64,000 nt of DNA from Octopus vulgaris (GCA_951406725.2 OX597830.1:20708001-20772000); one strand, 5' to 3'. Positions 42,291 through 56,322 are shown, counted from the first letter of the stretch. A program made the numbers and translations. The notes: generated by a model not told the origin, from the letters alone.

Positions 42291-42477
42291 GTTTGACTTT
42301 GCTTTGTTTTTGTACAAGTTGACTCCAAGTCTCATGCAGACACCTCAAGAGACAAGTTAGAAGTTCAAGTCGTGTTATAACCAGGGTGCCATATATTTGG
42401 ATCCACAACAGTATTTTAAGGGTCCCTGAAAAAATTTTGCATTAGATGTATTTACTGCAAGAAACAGTTAGGTTTTT

Positions 42478-42531
<54 letters not shown>

Positions 42532-42627
42532 ACGGTTCATATGAGATTTTAGGGGATCCATACAAGCAAAGGGAAAAATTGGGGATCCTTGGTAATATTT
42601 TAAGGGTTCATGCAAAAAAATTTGCAT

Positions 42628-43045
42628 TACTCTTTTACTTGTTTTAGTCATTTGGCTTTGGCCATGCTGGAGCACCGCCTTTAGTCGAGCAAATCGACCC
42701 CAGGACTTATTCTTTGGAAGCCTAGTACATATTCTATCGGTCTCTTTTGCCGAACCGCTAAGTAACGGGGACGTAGACACACCAGCATCGGCGTCAAGCG
42801 ATATTTGGGGGACAAACACAGACACACAAACATTTATATACACACACATACATATATATATATATAGATACAGATATATACGACGGGCTTCTTTCAGTTT
42901 CCGTCTACTAAATCCACTCACAAGGCTTTGGTCGGCCAGAGGCTATAGTAGAAGACACTTACCCAAGGTGTACCACGCAGTGGGACTGAACCTGGAACCA
43001 TGTGGTCGGTAAGTAAGTTACTTACAACACAGCCACTCCTGCGCC
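42628..43045 (-). mobile_element. SINE A, full length
   Basis: Complete head and tail. Confidence 0.92.
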
Positions 43046-43349
43046 TATAGATGTATCTATTGCAAGAAGCAACTCGGTTTCTTTCTCTAGCGTTTTACAT
43101 AGTTCAACATGTGTCCAGCCATTGAAACATTCTTACCATTGTTCTCTTCGTGAGTGCTATTGCAAACTTACACAAGTGAATGTGTGAGGAACAAAACAGG
43201 AATTTTGAAAGCATTATCTACAAAACTAGTTTTTAAACATCGAATGGCTTTCCAGGTTCACCAGAAAAGATTAGTAGATAAAAGGCTCCATTGGTAAAAA
43301 AAAAAAAATGGTTGAGAATCCTTGATCTAGATCAGGAGTTCTCTTTATA

Positions 43350-43768
43350 GGCGCAGGAGTGGCTGTGTGGTAAGTAGCCTGTCTACCAACCACATGGTTC
43401 CGGGTTCAGTCCCACTGTGTGGCACCTTAAGCAAGTGTCTTCTACTATAGCCTCGGGCCGACCAATGCCTTGTGAGTGGATTTGGTAGACGGAAACTGAA
43501 AGAGGCCCGTCGTATATATATATATATATATATGTATGCGTGTGTGTGTTTGTGTGTCTGTGTTTGTCCCCATAGCATTGCTTGACAACAGATGCTGGTG
43601 TGTTTGTGTCCCCGTCACTTAGCGGTTCGGCAAAAAGAGACCGATAGAATAAGTACTGGGCTTACAATAGAATAAGTTTCGGGGTCGAGTTGCTCGATTA
43701 AAGGCGGTGCTCCAGCATGGCCGCAGTCAAATGACTGAAACAAGTAAAAGAGTAAGAGTAAAAGAGTA
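43350..43768 (+). mobile_element. SINE A, full length
   Basis: Complete head and tail. Confidence 0.92.
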
Positions 43769-44284
43769 ACCATTTTTCATATGATTACTAATTTATTTTG
43801 GTGGACCACAAAAGTTTTATAGAAATTTCTTTTAAATCCCTATTTTGTTTTTCACACATTAACTTGTGTAGGTTGAACTATACAAAATGTTAGAGAAAGG
43901 GATCTAACTGTTTCTTACAATACCTACCAATAGATACATCTAAAGCAGGAGTTCTCAACCATTTTTTTATCCATGGGCCCCTTTCATTGCTATTTTATTC
44001 TGGTGGTCCCCTTTACCATTTGATGTTTAAAAACTGGTTTTACAAATACTTCTTTCTAAATTCCTGTTTTATTTTTCACACTTGAATTATATAAAATGCT
44101 AGAGAAAGAAATCTAGATATTTCTTGCAATACATAAGAATACATACACCTAAAACAAAATCTTTTCTGAGGCTGTTAAAATATTTTTGTAGATCTTCGAT
44201 TTACTATTTTATTGCGTAGACTCCCCAAAATTTAATATGAAGCCTCGGGGGCTCTATGGACTCCGGTTGAGAACCACTGCTCTG

Positions 44285-44702
44285 GATAGACACACGACTC
44301 CCAAGGGATTGTTTTATAGTGAACTATCAGAAGACAGGTGTATGTAAAGTGGGCTGAAAAAGCTCTTCAAGGATACACTCAAAGGTTCTCTGAAGAGCTT
44401 TGAGATCAATCCCGACACCTGGGAACACAAGCCGATGACCTCCCTGCCGGATTAGGCTGCACCAACAGAGGTGCCACCTTCCAAGAACAGAACAGGATTG
44501 CAGTACAAAGAAGACGTGAACTACGCAAGTCCAGAGCCGACTTCTTGCCTTCAGTCCCGGCAGACTACCGGTGCCCGATTTGCGGAAGAGTCTTCCGTTC
44601 CAAGCACGCGTCGGAGTGATCGGCCAGAGCCGTTCCGCACCATGCTCCATTTTCTTCTCCATTGAGATGTCTTTAGTCATCGTCGACAACGACGGAGGGA
44701 CA
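44285..44702 (+). pseudogene. RTE-clade LINE 3' remnant
   Basis: RLP..LFYSELSEDRCM*SGLKKLFKDTLKGSLKSFEINPDTWE, then DYRCPICGRVFRS (C-terminal zinc-finger-like); ends gtcatcgtcgacaacgacggagggaca. Confidence 0.8.
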
Positions 44703-44755
44703 AGGTATGTATTCTTAACGAAGCTGCATTAAACATCCTTTTCCACGAGGTGGAG

Positions 44756-44796
<41 letters not shown>

Positions 44797-44835
44797 TGTT
44801 GTTGTTGTTGTTGTTGCTGTTGCTGTTGCTGTTGC

Positions 44836-45194
44836 TGTTGAGCGAACGGTCTTCATCCCAGAGCTCGCATGATGGGAGAAGTCCGAAACGTGGTCCTTTG
44901 CCATTCGTAAGACCCGCAGAAGAGAGAGCAGGTCAACCCCCGACATCGAGAGCATCGACGGATGGATGAATGCGCATCCAAGCTCAGCGGTTGCGTAGGA
45001 AGTCGGGGACAAGAAAGAGGAAGAAAGAGTGAGAGAAAGTTGGGGCGAAAGAGTACAACATGGGTCGCCACCACCCCCTGCCGGAACTTAGTGGAGCTTT
45101 TAGGTGTTTTCGCTCAATAAACACACACAACGCCCTGTCTGGGAATCGAAACCACGAGTCCGCTGCCCTAACCACTGGGCCATTGCACCTCCAC
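44836..45194 (-). mobile_element. SINE C, tail type 2
   Basis: Reverse complement of 50024-50390. Confidence 0.88.
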
Positions 45195-45195
45195 T

Positions 45196-45227
<32 letters not shown>

Positions 45228-45412
45228 TTGTGTTAGTAAGTGGAAGAGACGAAGTCATCACTGGTGGAAGTAGTTAATGTGAGGTCTCCTCTTCCTCCAC
45301 CTCCTCCTCCTGCTTTCTTTTGGAATCCCCTCCTACTTCGCTCCCTCCTGTCGACAGCCTGTCAACATTCACTTCATGTTTGAAATTTGGTAGAGATTTT
45401 GTGAATTAATTA

Positions 45413-45476
<64 letters not shown>

Positions 45477-45689
45477 ATTTTCTCTTACATTTCAAAATTA
45501 TTTATAATCCCAAAGAGGAGAGAAACAGAAGGAACAAACAAACCCCATTTTACAGTAGCAATCGATTCTGCAGTAATGGTGGAATCCAAATAAATATTTT
45601 TTTAAAAAAAAGGACATCACAAATCTGTAAACGGGCAAAATTTCAAAATTTCTTTTTTTCATTAACTTATAGAGCGGCAACAATCTGAA

Positions 45690-45792
<103 letters not shown>

Positions 45793-45809
45793 TAATAATA
45801 ATAATAATG

Positions 45810-45995
45810 GTTTCAAATTTTTTCACAAAGGCATCAGTTTGAAGGAGGAGTGAATCAATTACATTGACCCTAGTCAATAGATCCCGAAAGGATGAAAGGC
45901 AAAGTCGACCTCGGCGGAATTAGAACTCAGAAAGTGAAGACGAACGAAATACCGCTAAGCGTTTCGTCCAACGTGCTAAAAATTCTGACAGCTTC
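45810..45995 (-). mobile_element. SINE B
   Basis: gaaaggatgaaaggcaaagtcgacctcggcggaattagaactcag...gaaataccgctaagc. Confidence 0.8.
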
Positions 45996-46665
45996 TTTAT
46001 TTTCTTTATTGGCAGCAAGGACCGAACACAAACCAAATAGGGACAATACAACACAGTGGACACATAGGATTTGGCTACAATGTCGTATATAAAATAAATA
46101 ACAATAACAATTAACAATAAAATTACACAGTAAAAATTCTCTAAAATTGGGGAATTCCACACAGGGAAAACCGAGGAACTCCAGGCATCCTGGTTACCCT
46201 AACCACCAGATGCATCTCAGCAGGCGCTTCTCTCCTCAACTCCTCCGGTTTACAAGCGAATGTTCAGAGTAGACCCATTCACATGGGCCATCCTCGTCAC
46301 ATTTACCCACCTTTCAACAAAAATGATGGGTGGGAGGGGTGCAGTACTTCGCCCTCTAACCTCGCTTTCCTTTTCAGGTGGAAGTTGAAAAAGTCGACGA
46401 GGGCTTGGCCGAAGAGGAAAGGATCTGTTATCTGTCTTTAGTCCTTTCTATCTCGTCCACTTCACTACTTCCTTCGCCATAGCCACCAGACAGAGAAAAA
46501 CTGCCTTTCCTTCCTGGCCAAAAGGTGGAAGGGCGATCTTCACGATGGACTCGGCTGATAACCGGATCCGTCCTACACACGACAACAGCTGCTAGACAAA
46601 GCTCCACAAGTCAGTAATGTCCGGACACTAGACGAGTGCATGAAGGGCGGTTTCGGCAGCCCTGC
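45996..46665 (-). pseudogene. L1/Tx1-like LINE ORF2 C-terminus and 3' UTR remnant
   Basis: rc translation LHALV*CPDITDLWSFV*QLLS...VFLCLVAMAKEVVKWTR; ends aataaagaaaataaag. Confidence 0.6.
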
Positions 46666-46674
46666 GCAATAATG

Positions 46675-47130
46675 ATTTCAAATTTTGGGACAGGGCCCAA
46701 AATTTCGTGGTGGGAGGGAGAAAGTCGATCACATCGACAGCAATATTCAACTGGTACTAATTTTATCGATCCCGAAAAGAATGAAAAGGCGAAATCGACC
46801 TCAGCGGAATTTGAACTCAGAATGTAAAAAACGGACAAAATACCTATTTCTTTATTACCCACAAGGGGCTAAACACAGAGGGGACAAACAAGGACAGACA
46901 TAGGTATTAAGTCGATTACATCGACCCCAGTGCGTAACTGGTACTTAATTTATCGACCCCGAAAGGATGAAAGGCAAAGTCGACCTCGGCGGAATTTGAA
47001 CTCAGAACGTAGCGGCAGACGAAATACCGCTAAGCATTTCGCCCGACGTGCTAACGATTCTGCCAGCTCGCCGCCTTCTCGGACGAAATACCGCTAAGCA
47101 TTTTGTCCGGCATGTTAACGATTCTCCCAA
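46675..47130 (-). mobile_element. SINE B dimer
   Basis: Two core units joined at aaatacctatttctttattacccacaagg. Confidence 0.88.
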
Positions 47131-47505
47131 TGTGTTCTTTGGTAGAAGTTGCAGCAAAGGTGAAAGAAATATGAAGGAAAACCAGATAAAGAATAGCAGA
47201 TGTACTATGACTAAATTCTATGGTACCACCAATGGTACCCGGTAGATAAAAATCACGGATCTATCCAATATGACGAATAGATCAAGAATCGCTACCGACC
47301 ACCATCGCAATCACCATCATCATCATCATGACCACCAACACAACCACCACCACCACCACCACCACCACAACCATAACCACTACTACTCCCACGACGACCA
47401 CTACCACCACTTCTGCTACTAAAGCCACCAATAGCTCTACTACAACTACCACCACCACCGCCACCACTGTCACATCCCCACCACTACTTCTACAACCACC
47501 ACCAT

Positions 47506-47571
<66 letters not shown>

Positions 47572-49085
47572 CAACATTAATATAGCAACCACAGCTACTA
47601 CCAGCAGTCCTTTTACTACTACCACTACCACCATCTCAGCTACTTCCGCCAACACCACCAATACTACTACTGCTACTACTACTACTACATTAGTACAAGA
47701 CATAAATTATAAGATGAGGTGCTGGCTCCAAGCCTATTCTATGAGGTTCTCGCCTCTCTCACCTCTGACATCAACGCCAATAAATCGAAACCATGTTTGA
47801 CCAACGCCACCACCGCCGCCGCCATCACCATCATCCCCCACCCCCACAATCGTCACTATCACCACCTTCATCACCACCACTACCACCATCGCCATCGCCA
47901 TCGCCATCGCCACCGCCAGCACCACTATCAGTGTCATCATCATCATCATCATCACCATCACCAACGCAACTCCTCCACTGTCTCCAACACCACCATCACC
48001 ACCACCACCACCACTATCGCAAGCAGCTCCACCACTACTAATACCACTGCCATCAGACACCCCTCCACCATCACCATCACCTCTACTCCACCGCTATCAC
48101 CATCATCTCCATCATCGCCACCACCACTATCATTACCATCATCATCACCACCATCGCGCTAGCATCATCGTCACCACCATCATCACCATCTCCACACCAT
48201 CAATGCAACCACTTTCACCACCACCCCACCACCATCACCACGACCACCATCACCAACACCACCACCACCATCACCAACACCACCATCACCAACAACAACA
48301 GCAACGAACAGCAACACCACCACAACGGCCACTACAACTACTTTTACCATTAATACTACAACCATCACCAATACCACTGTAATACCGCTACCAAAACCAT
48401 AAACAATACCAACAGTAACAAAAACAACACAAACATCACAGCCATCGTCACCATCATCATCGTCACCATCACCACCACCACAACACCACCACCATCACCG
48501 CCGCCACCACCATCGCCAAAGCCATTATCGCCATCATCACAACCACCACACCACCAACACCATCACGATCAAAGATATCAACGCCAACACCACGATCTTT
48601 TATTCTATCGATCCCTTTTGCTGTACATCTAAGTTACGAAGATGTAAACAAACCATCACCACCATCGCTGCTAACACTATTACACCAGCCCTACCATATC
48701 CGACAATGCCACCACCAAATGTTACCACCAAAGCACCCATCACAACCACTGCAGCCGTGACCACCACTACTAACTTTGATACGAACGTATTTACCACCAT
48801 CAGCAGCACTAACATTGCTATGACCAATACCAACACAACCACCGCTATTCTTGCAACCACTTGCACTAACACCGCCACCTTTATGCACTCTACTACTCGG
48901 AACTACTACCATCAACACTAATACCATCGCCACTATAATCGTCTTTGCCACTGCTAACAGCACCAATATAAACTAGCACCTACACTACCACCAACCCTAC
49001 CATCACTAACAGCAACAATGTCATTACCAGCAACACCGTTCCGACCCCACCCCCAACACCACCACCACCAACAACAACAACAACA

Positions 49086-49650
49086 GTGGAGGTGCAATGG
49101 TCCAGTGGTTGCGGCAGCGGACTCGCGGTCGTAAGAACGCGGTTTCGATTCCCAGTCCGGGCAATGTGAGTGTTTATTGAGCAAAGACACCTAAGCTCCA
49201 CAAGGCTCCGGCGGGGGATGGGTGGTAAAACCCGCTGTACTCTTTCACCACAACTTTCTCTCACTCTGTCTTCCTACTTCTGCCACAAACCATAAGAACC
49301 ATGGTGTAACCCACTATGGTGTGGTATACTTTCAGACACCAGTCTAGATTGCGAATCCTTTGTACCCCAGGATGGTTCAGCTCTCCACCCGTTAAAAAAA
49401 GCCATCATTGACGGAATGAGGATAACAACGTAGCTTTCGCGCCCGTGCAACCGCCAGTCTATCGCGTGTGGTGGGTGGATCTTCGAGTTGCCACATGCAT
49501 TATTAGTAGCTTAGAGTAGGCTCGAATTAGAGATTATTCTTTGTGGCTAATGGCGTGAGTCCTGATTGAAGAAGAAGAAGAAGAAGAAGAAGAAGAAGAA
49601 GAAGAAGAAGAAGAAGAAGAAGAAGAAGAAGAAGAAGAAGAAGAAGAAGA
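49086..49650 (+). mobile_element. SINE C, tail type 3, ending in (GAA)n
   Basis: gtggaggtgcaatggtccagtggtt...ggtttcgattccc head, shared central block, distinct ~290-bp tail, then (GAA)n. Confidence 0.7.
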
Positions 49651-50023
49651 CAACTACCTTATTACCACCAACACCGCCACCACTCCTACAGTCAACAGCA
49701 CCACCATCAATACAGCAACACCACCACTGCAGTACCTGTTGGTTCCTATAGTCAGAACACGAGCCAGAGTGAGCCTCTATGTGGTCATCGAAATGCTAGA
49801 AATAGCAGGTAAATTCTCCCCCTACCCACCCACCTCAAACAACCACCAATGCCGCCGCCGCCGCCATCATTGCAACAGCTAACAGTACCAATACAAACTA
49901 GCACCGCCACAAATACAACAATCACCACCACCATCAACAACAACAACGCTGTTATCACCAACACCGCCACCAACACCACAGCAACCAACACCACAGCCAC
50001 CAACACCATCAACACCACCAACA

Positions 50024-50390
50024 GTGGAGGCGCAATGGCCCAGTGGTTAGGGAAGCGGACCCGCGGTCGAAGGATCGCGGTTTCGATTCCCAGACAGGGC
50101 GTTGTGTGTGTTTATTGAGCGAAAACACCTAAAAGCTCCACGGGGCTCCGGCAGGGGGTGGTGGCGACCCATGTTGTACTCTTTCGCCCCAACTTTCTCT
50201 CACTCTTTCTTCCTCTTTCTTGTTCCCGACTTCCTACGCAACCGCTGAGCCTGGATGCGCATTCATCCATCCGTCGATGCTCTCGGTGTCGGGGGTTGAC
50301 CTGCTTTCTCTTCTGCGGGTCTTACGAATAGCAAAAGGACCACGTTTCGGACTTCTCCCACTAATGGGACGAAGACCGCTTCGCTCAGCA
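50024..50390 (+). mobile_element. SINE C, tail type 2
   Basis: gtggaggcgcaatggcccagtggttaggg...ggtttcgattccc; tail runs into a CAA-rich repeat. Confidence 0.88.
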
Positions 50391-50556
50391 AACAAACAAC
50401 ACCAACAACACCACTGCAGTACCTGTTGGTTCCAATAGTCAGAACACGGGCCAGAATGAGCCTCTATGTGGTCATCGAAATGCTAGAAACAGCAGATAAA
50501 TCATCCTTCAAACAACAACCACCACCACCACCATCAACTATTTCAGAAATCAACAC

Positions 50557-50648
50557 ATGATGTGCTTCTTGGTTCCGACGATGATGTGCTTCTTGGTTCC
50601 GACGATGATGTGCTTCTTGGTTCCAACGATGATGTGCTTCTTGGTTCC
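50557..50648 (+). repeat. 24-bp minisatellite, 3.8 copies (atgatgtgcttcttggttccgacg)
   Basis: Directly visible. Confidence 0.95.
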
Positions 50649-50789
50649 TCCCACTTGTGCAACATCATAGGACAAATGACAGGATGGTCATGACTGGAAC
50701 GCGTTTGTGCATGAAGTGACTCCGTTGGTCATGACCTACGGTTCAACAACACCGGTTACAACTACAACTACAACAACAACAACAACAGC

Positions 50790-50860
<71 letters not shown>

Positions 50861-51081
50861 TAATAATAATAATAATAATAATAATAATCAAAACATGTTT
50901 AGATATTTGGTGCTGTGATGCCAACTGCAATGATGGATCTTTTTTGACATCATTTGGATAACTGCCACCTAGCGGGGACTTGACGAACGAACGGTAGTGT
51001 TTCTTTGGCCCTTCAACCTTACAGATTCTTTTTGGCAACACTGCAAAAGACATACATGCATAAGATTTACATATTCGTGTT

Positions 51082-51192
<111 letters not shown>

Positions 51193-51224
51193 GTATGCAT
51201 GTGTATATATACATACATACATAC

Positions 51225-51263
<39 letters not shown>

Positions 51264-51301
51264 CATTATATATACATACAAACGTACTTACATTTTATAT
51301 A

Positions 51302-51373
<72 letters not shown>

Positions 51374-51451
51374 TGTGTGTATATATACATATACGTATAT
51401 ATGTATATATAAATGCATAGTACATACATATATATATATATATATGTATAG

Positions 51452-51482
<31 letters not shown>

Positions 51483-51616
51483 ATATATATGCATGTATAT
51501 ATTATATATAATATACATATAAATATATGTGTGTGTGTGTGTGTTTATGTTTATGCATGTATGTTTGTATATATGTATGTATATTGTGTGTATAAATATA
51601 TATATGGACATATATG

Positions 51617-51666
<50 letters not shown>

Positions 51667-52233
51667 TGTATATGCACATACGCACATGTTTTTAAACATA
51701 TATGAATATGTACGCCTCTGTGTGCGTGCGTGTGTGCGTATGCAGACGTATGCATATACATACACGAGTAAATATGTACATTCCTAGGGTTCCAATAAAT
51801 AAAAGGGAATAAATATGTATCGAAATATGTGTACAGACATTGACGCATATACACCCTTATACAAACATACACACCTACTCTCACACACCGGTCCATACGC
51901 ACACAATCACACACATAATCGCATACACTCCTATATATATATAAATACATACATAAATATATAAGTATACACACACTCACGCATATATATATATGCATGT
52001 ATATATGCATGTATGTATGCATGTATGTATGCATGCGTGCATACATACATACATATGTGTGTGTGATATACTTATATATTTATGTATATATATAGGAGTG
52101 TATGCGATTATGTGTGAGCCGGTGTGTGTGTGTGGGGGGTAGGTGTGTATATTTGTATTGAGGTGTATATGCGTCAGTATTTGTGCACATATTTAGATAA
52201 ATACGTGCATATTCTCCTGTTTGACATACATAC

Positions 52234-52320
<87 letters not shown>

Positions 52321-52420
52321 TATACAGATATATATATATATGTATATATACATATATATATATACAAATATATTATATATATATATATATACATATATAT
52401 ACATATATATGTATATATAT

Positions 52421-52459
<39 letters not shown>

Positions 52460-53149
52460 TATGTATATATATATATGCATATTTACATATATATATATAT
52501 ACATATGTATATATATATATGTAAATATGCATATATATATATATACATATATATATACATATATATATACATATATATATATGTGCATGTGTATATCTTT
52601 ATATATTAAGATGACGACATTTAATTTGTGCAGTTATTTTATATATGTGTGGTACACACACACACAGAAGATACAACACACGCGCGTGCATAATACAATC
52701 ACATGAATAATAACTTATCACACACACACTTATGCATGAAATATGATTTTTAGATGTATTTACATGCAGTGGTGAGCTGCCAAATTTGCAACAACCGGTT
52801 CGCTAAGCTGCCGAAGTTAAGTTTTTACCACGGATGAAGTTTAAAGAATAAATTTTGATGTCCGGAGGGATTTCCAAGCAAGAGGAATGGTGTGAGAGTG
52901 TAAGAAATCAAGAATTTAAAAGTGGGAAGGAGGAGGAGGATGACCAGGAAGATGGACTGGGACGTATTTATACATCTGTGGCAATCACGAAGGTAATTGT
53001 ATTTCATGCAACAGGTTAATGAATACGTTGCGCAAGGTAAGAACTGGAAGGTGGGCATGGACAAAATATTTTTAAAAAAAACACAGATGATGAAAACAGA
53101 GCAGATTACTAGGAAAGAAGATAGCGGTAATCTGAATACTGTGTCAAAG

Positions 53150-53810
53150 AGGGCGAGCTAGCAGAACCGTTAGCACGCCGGGCGAAATGCGTAGCCGTAT
53201 TTCGTCTGCCGTTACGTTCTGAGTTCAAATTCCGCCGAGGTCGACTTTGCCTTTCATCCTTTCGGGGTCGATTAAATAAGTATCAGTTACGCACTGGGGT
53301 CGATATAATCGACTAAATCTTTTTGTTTGTCCTTGTTTGTCCGCTTTGTGTTTAGCCCCTTGTGGGTAGTAAAGAAATAGGTATTTCGTCTGTCTTTTCT
53401 GAGTTCAAATTCCGCCTAGGTCGACTTTACCTTTCATCCTTTCGGAGTCGATAAGTTAGGTACCAGCTGCGTACTGGGGTAGATCTAATCGACTGGCCCT
53501 CTCACCCAAAATTTCGGGCCTTGTGCTTAGAGTAGAAAGGAATTTATCAAAAAAGCACAGATGACGAAAACGGGAGAGATTAGCGTTTAACGAGGAAGAC
53601 AGAAGTTGGTGAAGGAAGGAAGATAGCGGTAATCTGAATGCTGCGTCAGAGAGAGAGCGAGCTGGCAGAATCGTTAGCACGCCGGGCGAAATGCTTAGCG
53701 GTATTTCGTCTGTCTTTACGTTCCGAATTCAAAAATCAGAACGTGAATACAGACGAAATACCGCAAAGTGTTTCGGCCGACATACTAACGATTCTGCCAG
53801 TTCGCCGCCT
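53150..53810 (+). mobile_element. SINE B dimer plus duplicated head and an inverted head
   Basis: 53150-53540 (+), 53655-53730 (+), 53731-53810 (-). Confidence 0.85.
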
Positions 53811-53819
53811 TTTACTACC

Positions 53820-55259
53820 AGATATAAAGCTAACACGAAAGAAAAGAAAAGAAAAGGCATGCAATCGTTGTTGCTACAGTGATTTAGAGTAGAAGCACGT
53901 GGCCAAGAGGTTAGAGCAGCGGGCTTGCGATCGCGGGTTCGAATCTCAGACCGGGTGATGTTTGTGTTTATGAGCGAAACACCTAAGCTCCACGCGGAAC
54001 CGGCAGAAGGTAAAGTCGAACTTCTGCTGACACCTTCGCCACAACTTTCTCCCACTCTTTCCTCCTGCATCTAGTAACTCACCTGTCCAGGTGGGGAACC
54101 TATACGCCAATGAAACCGGGAAACCAGCCCTTATGAGCCAGGCATGGCCCGAGAAGGAACAAACCACAGCAACAACACAGCGATTTAGAAAATTGACAAC
54201 TTTCGAAATGTTACAAGATTTTTTGTACACAATGTTCAAATGAATTTGGAAGTCTATGGAGGGAATGCTTCAGTTGTATCAAAGAAGAAAACATTCTCAA
54301 TATTCAGACACTATAATATCCCTGCAATATATCTAACATGTTCACAATATTATCGATGATGATTCTAGATTCTCAATGCGGACCATCGCCAAAGAAGTCC
54401 AGGTGTCGGAGTTGACTATCAAAATCTGGTGCACGAGAATATTCGATACATGTCGGATGTACCGAGGAAATAATTCCTGTCTACGAAGACTCAAGAAGAC
54501 CGTTTGATCCGTGCAAAAAAAAAAAAGCTTACTTAATAACTTTAAAAGCCTTCACGAATATGGCATGCTTTGGCTCTCTGATGAGAAAATATCAATAAAG
54601 ATCAAAAATTCTAACAGGAGAAATGATGGTTAAATGCAGATGTTTCTGGCGTCCTTAAAGTGATGCACATTAAGTTTCTAGCAGCTGTGATGGTTTTAGG
54701 TGAGTAACGAAGGTCATGTCTCACCACCTCACGTCTTTCCACAGGGTCTTAGAATTAATACTTCTGGATACGTTGAGATGCTGAAAATAGTTTTTAATAC
54801 CAGGATGGATGAAGCACGCAGTGGAAAGCCATATATGTGTTTCAACAAGATTCAGCAGTTTCTCACAAAGCTCACGTAACCCAAGAATGTCAAACAATCT
54901 TTACGAGCATGTAGCACCAAACTTACAAGCTCCAAACTCGTCATATTTAAATCCCATGGCGTCTACGTTTGGAGCGCTTAAAAAGGAGACTAGTTGATAT
55001 TCTCAAAATATCGTTGCGTCACTGAATTAGGTCATTGTGCAGGTGATGTCCGAAAGGTGTGAGAGCAAGTATAACACTCACACCGGTCCTGTATTGAAGT
55101 ATTTATCAAAGTTATAAGCGGATTTACTGAAGAATATCATAGTAAAGCTTATCGAGAACATGTGCCTAAAATGTTTGTTAAAATACATTCGATTTTTTGC
55201 CAGATTAAAGTTGCTTTAATAAATTACCAAACATGACCTCAAATAGCTCTCACACCCTG
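53820..55259 (+). pseudogene. Decayed Tc1/mariner-superfamily (maT/DD37D-like) transposon, split by a SINE
   Basis: Fragments KRHAIVVA..SDLE, SMRTIAKEVQVSE, SDEK, VMHIKF..VMVLG, PPHVFPQGLRIN, VFQQDSAVSHKA, PNSSYLNPM; right end cacaccctg-TA. Confidence 0.75.
53889..54176 (+). mobile_element. SINE C with V-like tail and 13-bp TSD
   Basis: TSD acagtgatttaga (53876-53888) / acagcgatttaga (54177-54189). Confidence 0.85.
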
Positions 55260-55323
<64 letters not shown>

Positions 55324-55872
55324 CACACATGCACACGCACATTAAATGCATACTTATATACTAGCAATAAAACTCTACGCACTATACATAACTCTTTATG
55401 CTTATATTTGTAGATGTGTGCATGAGTGCCTGTATGTATGTGCGTACTTGCGTGTGTATGTGTGTGCGTGCGCGCGTGGGTGCGTGCGTCGGTGCAATCG
55501 TATATCTAAATTGAGAGGAGAACAACACCATCTATTCACATACATATTCCAATAAAATATCTAATTATAATTACTCCAGACATTAATTAATTAATCGATC
55601 GTTTATTGTACTCATTAGTGGAAAAGGAGAGTCAACTATTAAAAACACAGCCTCGCTTTTTATAGTAATTTGAGCAATCGCAAATTCCAATCGAGAGGAC
55701 AAAACGAAGAGTCCTTTTTTTTTCTATAGAGCAACGGAACTTAACCGGCCGAAAGAACAATAGAAGAAAGGATGGTGCTTATTACTTACCATGTAGCAAA
55801 TAACTGTCAATAATTAACATTTCAAAGTGCTCCACTTCTTATTGAACAGACAGTTAAATATTCTACGGAATA

Positions 55873-56016
55873 GGAGTAGCTTGCTAACCAACCACATGGT
55901 TCCTGGTTCAGTCCCACTGCGTGGCATCTTAGGCAAGTGTCTTCTGCTATAGTCCCGGGCCGACCAATGCCTTGTGAGTGGATTTGGTAGACGGAAACTG
56001 AAAGAAGTCCGTCGTA

Positions 56017-56112
<96 letters not shown>

Positions 56113-56322
56113 TGTGTTTGTGTGTCTGTGTTTGCTTGACAACCGATGCTGGTGTGTTTATGTCCCCGTTACTTAGCTGTTCGGCAAAAGAGACCGATAG
56201 AATAAGAACTGGGCTTACAAAAGAATAAGTCCCGGAGTCGAATTGCTCGATTAAAGGCGGTGCTCCAGCATGGCCGCAGTCAAATGTCTGAAACAAGTAA
56301 AAGAGTATAGAGTAAAAGAGTA
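55873..56322 (+). mobile_element. SINE A
   Basis: Head slightly truncated; (AT)n(GT)n spacer; tail complete. Confidence 0.9.

Larger units (their letters stand above)
42385..44279. mobile_element. Cluster of hAT/Charlie-like MITEs interrupted by SINE A copies
   Basis: TIR-like caggagttctcaacc (43333, split by a SINE; 43946), ggttgagaaccactg (ends 44279), ggttgagaatccttg (ends 43324); ATCTAGAT at 43325-43332. Confidence 0.7.

Noticed and set aside
50024-50100. tRNA-like sequences at SINE heads (also 39505-39579, 49086, 53889)
   Set aside because: A/B-box-like motifs run into SINE bodies with TSDs or tails; no convincing full cloverleaf
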